A stretch of DNA of 15,755 nt from a virus, in the IMG/VR virus record IMGVR_UViG_3300045988_131611; one strand, given 5' to 3'. Positions within the stretch are counted from its first letter, which is position 1. Every line of letters starts with the position of its first letter. The position numbers were made by a program, and so were the translations under genes. Under the pieces are notes generated by a model. That model searched no databases and had not been told where the DNA came from. It saw only the letters and a program-made list of their open reading frames with translations. Shown piece after piece: positions 1 to 6,054 of the stretch.

Positions 1-55
1 ACGTTGACATAAAATAAAACGATATTTAGAACATTTCCCCATTCACTTTGCGCGG

Positions 56-85
56 TTGACTAAAAATAGTGAACGCGGATAAAAT
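56..85 (+). promoter_or_regulatory. Candidate second left-end promoter (TTGACT-18 nt-TAAAAT), absent from the right ITR copy
   Basis: TTGACT at 56-61, 18-nt spacer, TAAAAT at 80-85. The -35 lies in the only strongly diverged ITR patch; the right copy reads CAAACG there. Confidence 0.35.
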
Positions 86-101
86 ATTTTAGAAAATACG
101 C

Positions 102-130
102 TTGACATTTTAAGACGAGTGTGCTATTAT
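102..130 (+). promoter_or_regulatory. Left ITR early promoter, consensus -35 plus extended -10
   Basis: TTGACA 102-107, 17-nt spacer, TGcTATTAT with TG at 122-123 and the -10 hexamer at 125-130. It is followed by ATAAT and points at the gene starting at 178. Confidence 0.8.
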
Positions 131-177
131 ATAATTACAGAAAGGGAAGAACCCTTAGATAAAAGGAGGAAAAGAAA

Positions 178-495
178 ATGACTAAAAAGTACAGAGTGAA
201 TGAGAGTGAAATTTTTAATCTGCAGTCTATGTATGACCGTTTAAAGTGCATTGAAATTGATATGCGGGATGACGCGGTACATGCCTACACAGACAAGCAA
301 TGGAATGAAATAGAAGATAGGATAATTGAGGTTGAAGAACTTATGGAAAAAGCCTATTGCGTAGGCGCGTTAGTAGACTGGGTGACATTAAAGAGAATCA
401 GAGAGATTAAAGCAGAACGGCAGCTTATTAGATATAACAATTGTATGCAGCAGGGAGCAACAGAGAAAGAAGCAGCAATGGCATTTTTATTGTAA
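178..495 (+). CDS. Early protein, 105 aa, unknown function
   Basis: ORF with AAAAGGAGG RBS (161-169) 8 nt upstream of the ATG, directly downstream of the ITR promoter. Helical, charged composition. No family recognised. Confidence 0.75.
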   Translation: MTKKYRVNESEIFNLQSMYDRLKCIEIDMRDDAVHAYTDKQWNEIEDRIIEVEELMEKAYCVGALVDWVTLKRIREIKAERQLIRYNNCMQQGATEKEAAMAFLL

Positions 496-512
496 AAGGA
501 GGTCAAGAAAAA

Positions 513-761
513 ATGTCCGAAACTATAGCACAGCGTATTGAACAGGAACAGATTATTGACATGAAATATGAGCATCTGGCGGCTGAATATGCTAGAATCT
601 GCGGTACAAGGAAATATATGTTAGTGATAAAACAGCTTGATTCCGAGATGTATAAAAGTGATAAAGTTCATATCAATAATGAGCTTGAAAGATTAGATAT
701 AGAAAGTGAAAGAATATTAACTGAACTTGAAAACCTAGTAAATGAAAAAGAACCCGTTTAG
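513..761 (+). CDS. Early protein, 82 aa, unknown function (coiled-coil-like)
   Basis: The ATG at 513 is preceded by AAAGGAGG (495-502). The listed start at 441 overlaps the upstream gene and has no RBS. The ORF ends inside the terminator hairpin. Confidence 0.7.
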   Translation: MSETIAQRIEQEQIIDMKYEHLAAEYARICGTRKYMLVIKQLDSEMYKSDKVHINNELERLDIESERILTELENLVNEKEPV

Positions 762-775
762 AACGGGTTCTTTAA
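745..775. terminator. Bidirectional intrinsic terminator between the convergent left early unit and the long minus-strand operon
   Basis: Stem GAACCCGT (750-757) / ACGGGTTC (763-770), loop TTAGA, A-run upstream and T-run downstream. It reads as a hairpin plus U-tract on both strands. Confidence 0.8.
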
Positions 776-784
776 TTTTATACC

Positions 785-1555
785 TTACTCTTTCCTCAGC
801 ATCCCTTTCGTAAGCAGCACCACCAATTCCGTATTCTGCTCTGCCGTCCCGGTATACTCTGTAATTCCATTCGCCCTTGCAATTTCTTTCCGGTGCGCAA
901 AACTGCTATCAATTCCGACCGTGTTTAACGCAGCTACCAGACCAATACCCGGATAGAATTTTTCCGATTTTATCTTTTTTGACATGTCAAAATTTTTACC
1001 TCCGATTTTACCGCTGTTAGTATACTGCCACAACGTAGCATTTTTACTATACTCGTCCTCTTTTGTAGTATATCTTGCATACCACAAAGGAAAATCTTTT
1101 AGTTTGCTGTGTAGCAAGTGGTTTATTAGATAATCCCGGTTAGCATAGTACCCGCATTTATACCCGTAAAAGTTCATTGTCTGACAAAAGTTAGTAATTA
1201 GCGTGCTTCTGGAAATGCGCGTCAATGTGTTCTTGTCATATCTAGACAGCTTTTCTTCTGTATCATATTCGAAGTCACACCAAACTCCCAGATTGATTTT
1301 ATCTTTGTATGATCTGATTGTCTGTTCAAACTTGACACAATTTGCAGCAATCGTTCTACCAGAATGAATATACACAAACCAGTAAAATCCCAGATCAAGC
1401 CCGCGTTTTATAACCCCATTCGTAAAGTATTTCATCCGTTCATCTTCGGTCACTCCGCTGCCCGCGCGAACAATTACACCAGTAATACCCGACTTGACAA
1501 CTGCGTCCCAGTCTACCGGATAATTCCACTTTGATACGTCAATGATTTTACTCAT
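785..1555 (-). CDS. Endolysin, GH25 muramidase domain plus a short C-terminal putative cell-wall-binding module
   Basis: N-terminus IIDVSKWNYPVDWDAVVKSGITGVIVRAG and an acidic DFEYD segment are GH25-like. C-terminal roughly 50 aa (GIDSSFAHRKEIARANGITEYTGTAEQN) is a separate module. Last gene of a holin-containing lysis cassette. Confidence 0.85.
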   Translation of the reverse strand: MSKIIDVSKWNYPVDWDAVVKSGITGVIVRAGSGVTEDERMKYFTNGVIKRGLDLGFYWFVYIHSGRTIAANCVKFEQTIRSYKDKINLGVWCDFEYDTEEKLSRYDKNTLTRISRSTLITNFCQTMNFYGYKCGYYANRDYLINHLLHSKLKDFPLWYARYTTKEDEYSKNATLWQYTNSGKIGGKNFDMSKKIKSEKFYPGIGLVAALNTVGIDSSFAHRKEIARANGITEYTGTAEQNTELVVLLTKGMLRKE

Positions 1556-1763
1556 GTTCTGATCTCCTTTCTAGTTCTTTTACATGCTGCGACAACCCAG
1601 ACACTTCTGTTTCAATCCGAATTAACCGATCGTCCATGCTTGCATGTTTATCCATGCGTTTCTCTAAAGCGTCTAAGCGGTATTTAATTAGCGAATTATT
1701 CATCACAGCTACCAGCAACGCGGATGCCAAACTGCAGGTAGCTGTAACAATAGATTCTATCAT
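1548..1763 (-). CDS. 71-aa lysis-cassette protein: N-terminal transmembrane helix plus coiled coil
   Basis: Hydrophobic residues about 3-22, then a heptad-like charged helix (RLDALEKRMDK...HVKELERR). ATGA overlap with the holin stop and an 8-nt ATGAGTAA overlap with the endolysin start imply translational coupling. Confidence 0.65.
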   Translation of the reverse strand: MIESIVTATCSLASALLVAVMNNSLIKYRLDALEKRMDKHASMDDRLIRIETEVSGLSQHVKELERRSEHE

Positions 1764-2023
1764 TTTTCCACCGCCTTTTTTATCTGCTTCGGAATCTGAT
1801 TGATGCCAACTGCAGCCAAACCGCTTGAAATACCAATAGCGAAAATGTCAATGGCATTTCCTCCGCCGATATTGAACCCGTACACAATCGAAATAATAGA
1901 ACATAAAATGCCAATAAATACAGACACCAATGGAATATATTCATCGCACACCAGCTTTGCACTTTTGACAACCTCTGAAATACCATAACAGATAACTGTA
2001 ATTGCAATATAAGGCTCAACCAT
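1760..2023 (-). CDS. Holin (87 aa from the ATG at 2023)
   Basis: Multiple hydrophobic segments and a charged C-terminus (KQIKKAVEK). GISSGLAAVGINQIPKQ resembles small Gram-positive phage holins. AGGAGG lies 8 nt upstream of the ATG at 2023; the listed GTG start at 2032 falls inside the RBS. Confidence 0.65.
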   Translation of the reverse strand: MVEPYIAITVICYGISEVVKSAKLVCDEYIPLVSVFIGILCSIISIVYGFNIGGGNAIDIFAIGISSGLAAVGINQIPKQIKKAVEK

Positions 2024-2024
2024 T

Positions 2025-2801
2025 TTAACCACCTCCTTGTACTAATTTATATACGCTTTCGGATAATTTTATATACGTGCTACCATTTACACGCAAGAAA
2101 ACACCGTCCTGCAGTATTTGTGTTTTGTTAAAGAAAATAGGGTTTATAAGTCTGTCCCCGTTTGACGGTAAAAACATATTATTTATTTTAAATAAGTAAA
2201 GTGGTGCTTCCGACACGATCGGCGGGTCAGGGTCAGGCGGTTCAGGTGGTTCGGGTGGCGGGTCAGGTTTCGGGTCGATATCCTCCCCATTATACAGCTT
2301 CTGCCAAAAATACCATGCCATTTCTCCCCTGTTTGGCTGGTTCAGGTCTTTTGGTCGTTCATAATTTCTTAAAAACATGTTTGCCAGCATTTTCACCATA
2401 GCTTCTACGCTTTCTCCGGTTGTCCATTGTGTAAATTCGTAAAAGCTGTACGGATATTTAGAAGTAGCAATCCATTGCTTTTTGTTTGCAACCTCCCACT
2501 TTATACGCTCTAACTGTCCTGTCCCGCTGTCGTGTGGGTATCCGTTTTCATCCATCCAGCTAAAAAGTTTTGTTGCTGGTGTCCACTGCACAAGTCCAAA
2601 ACCTAAGTCGGTATTCCCGGCATCTAGATTTTGCCATATTCCCGGGTTGACATGTGATTCCGCCCACATATTTCCCAACATTGCGCAGACTGCATAAGAT
2701 GTCCATCTGCCTTGTACGGTGCTGCCCGCAAGGTAGTCGTAAACCTCGCGGGCATTTTCCAACGCTTCGGCAAGCGTTATCCACCTGTTGCCACTTATCA
2801 T
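2025..2801 (-). CDS. Tail-associated peptidoglycan hydrolase, phi29 gp13 N-terminal (phage tail lysozyme)-like, with Pro-rich linker and small C-terminal domain
   Basis: Motif MLGNMWAESHVNPGIWQN (catalytic-Glu context of the phage tail lysozyme family). Linker DPKPDPPPEPPEPPDPDPP. Sits after the appendage genes as in phi29. ATGA overlap with the upstream gene. Confidence 0.7.
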   Translation of the reverse strand: MISGNRWITLAEALENAREVYDYLAGSTVQGRWTSYAVCAMLGNMWAESHVNPGIWQNLDAGNTDLGFGLVQWTPATKLFSWMDENGYPHDSGTGQLERIKWEVANKKQWIATSKYPYSFYEFTQWTTGESVEAMVKMLANMFLRNYERPKDLNQPNRGEMAWYFWQKLYNGEDIDPKPDPPPEPPEPPDPDPPIVSEAPLYLFKINNMFLPSNGDRLINPIFFNKTQILQDGVFLRVNGSTYIKLSESVYKLVQGGG

Positions 2802-3553
2802 GCGTTTATACGATAAGTAAGAGCCACCTCAGCCGTACTCCATCCCTCACTAGTATTAGGACGACCAATACCAATACGCCCATCTTTGAAGTCACTCTCC
2901 GTATAAGTTACTGGCGCAGAACCCTGTTGAATTGTAGCGCTTCTTGTTAAACCTTGCACATTGACAGTTCCAAAAACGTTTGACACAACCATTTTTATCA
3001 AAGTCATGTTATCAAGATTTTTATAAAAAAAAGTGGCTGTTCCGGTGTTTGGTCTAGATGCTCCGACCGCTATAACTTTAAACACAACCTCCGTAGATGG
3101 TTTTGGCGCATTTTCCAGTGCCGTCACTCTCCCGTCAAGATTCTGCAGTGTCGTTTTATTTCCATCCGCAGTCTGCTTTGCTTTCGTAGCGTTCGCACTG
3201 GCTGCATTCGCAGCGTTTACAACATCGGTTGCTGTCGTCTGTGCGGCTGTTGCTTTCTGCTCTGCTCTGTTAGCTGCTTCCTGTGCTGCCGTAACGTCTC
3301 CGGCCATGCCGTCCGCAGTTTCTTTCAGCTGTGCGACCTGTTTTTTGGTATCCTCGTGAACGGCTTTCAGATCTGCCTGCGCGCTCTTTACAGTTTCCAC
3401 ATCGTTAACTGCTTCATCCGCTGTCTGACTAGCAGTAAATAAAGCGCCGTCAATGATCTTCATGTCGTTGTTATAGTCTCCCAGAAAAGTAGGCTTGTCT
3501 GTGCCGATAAACTGGGATAATTTAAAATTGGCTGTTTTGTTTGTGCTACTCAT
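2798..3553 (-). CDS. Fibre-like protein, 251 aa: conserved fibre N-terminus, Ala/Gln-rich coiled coil, beta-rich C-terminal head
   Basis: N-terminus NFKLSQFIGTDKP...DYNNDMKIIDGAL, then a long coiled-coil-like AQ/T-rich segment. C-terminal roughly 100 aa are rich in beta-formers. RBS AGGAGG upstream. Confidence 0.6.
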   Translation of the reverse strand: MSSTNKTANFKLSQFIGTDKPTFLGDYNNDMKIIDGALFTASQTADEAVNDVETVKSAQADLKAVHEDTKKQVAQLKETADGMAGDVTAAQEAANRAEQKATAAQTTATDVVNAANAASANATKAKQTADGNKTTLQNLDGRVTALENAPKPSTEVVFKVIAVGASRPNTGTATFFYKNLDNMTLIKMVVSNVFGTVNVQGLTRSATIQQGSAPVTYTESDFKDGRIGIGRPNTSEGWSTAEVALTYRINA

Positions 3554-3566
3554 TTTTTACCTCCTT

Positions 3567-4013
3567 TTATGCAGTCTCTAAAGCTGCAATCCTTTCTTGC
3601 AAACTTGTTATCTTTCCAGCGTTCGCGCTGTTTGCATCGTTCGCAATTTTAACCGCTTCCTGCGCTGCTGTTACCAGCTCTATTGAATTGCTAATATCAG
3701 TAACCGCTTTTGCTGCTTTTGTTTCTGCACCGCTGGCAACCTGCGTCAAAACATTCAGTGCGGGCATCACAGCCAGTAATTTACCCTGCGATAATGTAAT
3801 TGTGTTTTTTAATGTTTCAATTTCTTCGGTCATGTTTGTGATCTCTGTCTGGACTGTTGCCATTTCGTTTTTTACGCCGGATGTTTTACCTTTCAGTGAT
3901 TGCAAGGCTGCATCAATCTTTTTGTTGTTTTCGTTCCAATCTCCCATGATGTCAACAGCATCTTTTTTCTGGTACATTCCGAAATTAAAAAACCTTGTGT
4001 GACGTGTAAACAT
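3567..4013 (-). CDS. Fibre-like protein, 148 aa: paralogous N-terminus and coiled coil, no C-terminal head
   Basis: Shares with the 251-aa neighbour the NF...D...N(E/N)N.K(I)ID.AL N-terminal motif, and VTAAQEA...AN.A.SANA...L..R..ALE.A in the coil. AGGAGG 8 nt upstream of the ATG. Confidence 0.6.
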   Translation of the reverse strand: MFTRHTRFFNFGMYQKKDAVDIMGDWNENNKKIDAALQSLKGKTSGVKNEMATVQTEITNMTEEIETLKNTITLSQGKLLAVMPALNVLTQVASGAETKAAKAVTDISNSIELVTAAQEAVKIANDANSANAGKITSLQERIAALETA

Positions 4014-5348
4014 TTATTGTACCTCCTTTTTAACTGGTAACTCCTTTAGTAAAGCGTTTTCGCAACATAAAACACCCCTAATGGATGCAAAAGCAAAATT
4101 ATCAAGAGAGGATGCTTTTCCGGGTGCGCCTAAATTGTAAACATTAAAACGGAACTGAATAACTGTTGGCAATCCGTTTTTATATTTATTTTCTGATTGA
4201 TAATAATAAATACCATTACTGCTGTTTGTCTCTATGCACAGCCACGCGTGCCACTCATTATCATTAGTGATTTCCACGTTGAATCCAATTATTGCCGTCC
4301 ACGTATAGGGGTATGTTTCAGGTGTTGGCTTTTTTGGTGGTGTTATACTCGTTACACATTTTTTAATAAACCCATGCGCACTTCTTCCAACTGTCCGAAC
4401 CCCTAAACCGTTCCCCACGTTATAGGTATCGTAAAAAGTGGCGTTTTCCGTGTCCCACCACAAGGCATCCTTTTTTTTTGTTTTGATTGCCTGACAAGTT
4501 TCTGACATAACAGAATCAAATTCCTGCGCGGTCAAGTGTAGTTCTGCGTCCACCTGCATAACCTCGTCAAGTGCTCTGGCATGGGAAAGTAAATCACCGC
4601 TTCCCGGACTGTTCACGCTTGCATCAAAAACACCGTACATTTTGTAATAGCTTTCAGCATCGAACGCACCCGCACGGATATGCAATTTTTTAAAATCTTC
4701 GCAGTTCTTGTCAAAAGCTGAAAACCAAGCATCAAATTGTCCGCAAGTAATTGCCCGCACTCTTAAAACATCGAACACATTATTAACAGTGTTTCCAACT
4801 CTGTCTCTGTATCCGGTTGTCGGGTCAAAAATCCGAAAGCCATCTTCGTTTACTTCGTCAATTTCCAGACGCAGCTTTTCCAGCTGCTCTTCTACCCACT
4901 CTTTCAGACGCTCAACTGCAAAGTCTGTGTACTGTTCCAGATAGGCTTTTGTCTCGTCAATTTTACCATTCAGCTGCGCAACATCTTTTTCATGCGTAAG
5001 TTTGACATTGTCCACATACAGCCGTAACTCTGTTATTAAATCTTCCAGCCGCTTTACGTCTTTGGTATGTTCTGTCCAGTAATAAACGTCTTGAGTGTCA
5101 ATGTAGACGCGTAAGGTTTCAACCGTCTGTTCGAGAGTTTTCAAAAGCTCCGCTTTTAACTCTGCCACTTTTGTGTCTGTATAGTTCTGGTAATTCGTCT
5201 CTAAGTCAGTCAAAAACTGAATGATCTGATTGATATTGTATGCAATCTTCTGCATCATTTCCAACTGGCTAATTGACGCATCCCACTCAGACGGCAAGGA
5301 TAAATAGGCATTATTAAAACATAGCTTTTCCGGTAACTTTTTATCCAC
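4014..5348 (-). CDS. Tail appendage / candidate receptor-binding protein, 444 aa (GTG start)
   Basis: Occupies the phi29 gp12 position, after the lower collar. N-terminal roughly 170 aa are coiled-coil-like, followed by a globular C-terminal half. GTG start with AGGAGG 8 nt upstream. Confidence 0.55.
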   Translation of the reverse strand: MDKKLPEKLCFNNAYLSLPSEWDASISQLEMMQKIAYNINQIIQFLTDLETNYQNYTDTKVAELKAELLKTLEQTVETLRVYIDTQDVYYWTEHTKDVKRLEDLITELRLYVDNVKLTHEKDVAQLNGKIDETKAYLEQYTDFAVERLKEWVEEQLEKLRLEIDEVNEDGFRIFDPTTGYRDRVGNTVNNVFDVLRVRAITCGQFDAWFSAFDKNCEDFKKLHIRAGAFDAESYYKMYGVFDASVNSPGSGDLLSHARALDEVMQVDAELHLTAQEFDSVMSETCQAIKTKKKDALWWDTENATFYDTYNVGNGLGVRTVGRSAHGFIKKCVTSITPPKKPTPETYPYTWTAIIGFNVEITNDNEWHAWLCIETNSSNGIYYYQSENKYKNGLPTVIQFRFNVYNLGAPGKASSLDNFAFASIRGVLCCENALLKELPVKKEVQ

Positions 5349-5364
5349 CTCTTTTACCTCCTTT

Positions 5365-6054
5365 TTAGTAAATTTTTAAGAAAAGAGAACGGGAAACCGT
5401 GTCCGAGAATTGCCCTACTACATCCATAAGCGTTTCCCGGTATTTTAAAATCAGTTCTGCCTGCGGCACATTGTAGCCACTTTCTTTATAATTTTCTGAA
5501 TACACCTCTTTTCCGTTTGAAGATGTCGTTCCGTTCCCGCTGCTCTCATCTACTGTTATTGTAGTTGCATAATCCGCGTTTGTCAAGCGGTTTTCCGGTG
5601 TATCATCAAAAACATTTTTGTTGTTGTTTTCGCTTGTGCTTTTCCCGCTTGCGCTTGTCTCTCTGTCGCCATTCCGTGAACTTTCCCGGCTGTAGCTCTT
5701 TAATTTGTCCAGTTCCAACAAACTCGATTCATATAGTTTATTATACACGGGTAGCCAGCGCGAAACATTTTGATTAAATTTCAGAATAAAATATTCCGGT
5801 GTTTCGTATTCGATTTCTCGCATCATATTGTCCACGCAGAACTGTTGGAAAAAAGCGTTTCTGAATTCTTCATCGAAAAATTTGTTTGTGTTATACAGCA
5901 TCTTAGAACGTGCTTTTTCGATTCGCTCCATAACACCAATTTCATCTTCAAACCGGATAAACGCATACCGTTTTTCTTCCTCTGGGTGCAGCGGGTTATT
6001 GTCCTGCGAATAATGGTATATTATATTCCTTAAAGTTGTTGTGTGGTTACTCAT
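5365..6054 (-). CDS. Lower collar protein (phi29 gp11-like), 229 aa
   Basis: Synteny directly after the portal, with an 8-nt ATGAGTAA overlap. Segment REIEYETPEYFILKFNQ resembles the conserved collar-family motif. Ser/Asn-rich disordered insert. Confidence 0.6.
   Translation of the reverse strand: MSNHTTTLRNIIYHYSQDNNPLHPEEEKRYAFIRFEDEIGVMERIEKARSKMLYNTNKFFDEEFRNAFFQQFCVDNMMREIEYETPEYFILKFNQNVSRWLPVYNKLYESSLLELDKLKSYSRESSRNGDRETSASGKSTSENNNKNVFDDTPENRLTNADYATTITVDESSGNGTTSSNGKEVYSENYKESGYNVPQAELILKYRETLMDVVGQFSDTVSRSLFLKIY
5558..5586 (-). promoter_or_regulatory. Possible internal promoter inside the collar gene
   Basis: Minus strand TTGACA (5586-5581), 17 nt, TACAAT (5563-5558). The nearest downstream start is about 200 nt away, so this may be chance. 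Confidence 0.25.

Larger units (their letters stand above)
1..145. repeat. Left inverted terminal repeat (ITR-L), imperfect, includes the origin-proximal 45 nt and an early promoter
   Basis: Reverse complement of 15612-15755 aligns to 1-145. Nt 1-45 and 93-145 are identical. Differences: nt 46, a divergent patch at about 53-67, nt 78, and a 1-nt indel at about 90-92. Confidence 0.95.

Noticed and set aside
137-177. A phi29-style pRNA gene at the left end, downstream of the terminal early promoter
   Set aside because: Only about 40 nt separate the predicted transcription start from the first ATG, and that stretch is an ordinary leader with an RBS. There is no room for an RNA of about 120-170 nt.
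441-512. Longer N-terminal extensions given by the ORF track (441 for the second left gene; 7075 portal; 10373 scaffold; 14170 polymerase; 2032 holin; 15636 right-end gene; 15294 for the 122-aa gene)
   Set aside because: In each case a downstream ATG has a properly spaced AGGAGG-type RBS. The extension overlaps the upstream gene or its stop codon, the RBS itself, a promoter, or a non-coding leader. For 15294 this is a preference, not a certainty.
1548-1555. Identical ATGAGTAA overlap junctions at 1548-1555 and 6047-6054 as a possible shared signal
   Set aside because: An 8-nt stop-start overlap of this form arises readily (ATG AGT AA / N GAG TAA). Two occurrences are compatible with ordinary translational coupling and do not require a dedicated motif.
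2215-2285. GGTTCAGG/GGGTCAGG-like short repeats as a possible regulatory or CRISPR-like repeat
   Set aside because: They are the antisense image of the Pro/Asp/Glu-rich linker (DPPPEPPEPPDPDPP) in the tail lysozyme gene. This is coding low complexity, not an independent element.
3033-4002. Plus-strand ORFs 3033-3359 and 3541-4002, antisense to the fibre genes
   Set aside because: They have no RBS and no promoter. Their Ala/Phe/Ser/Val-rich low-complexity translations are typical mirror-frame artefacts of Ala/Gln/Thr-rich coiled-coil genes on the other strand.
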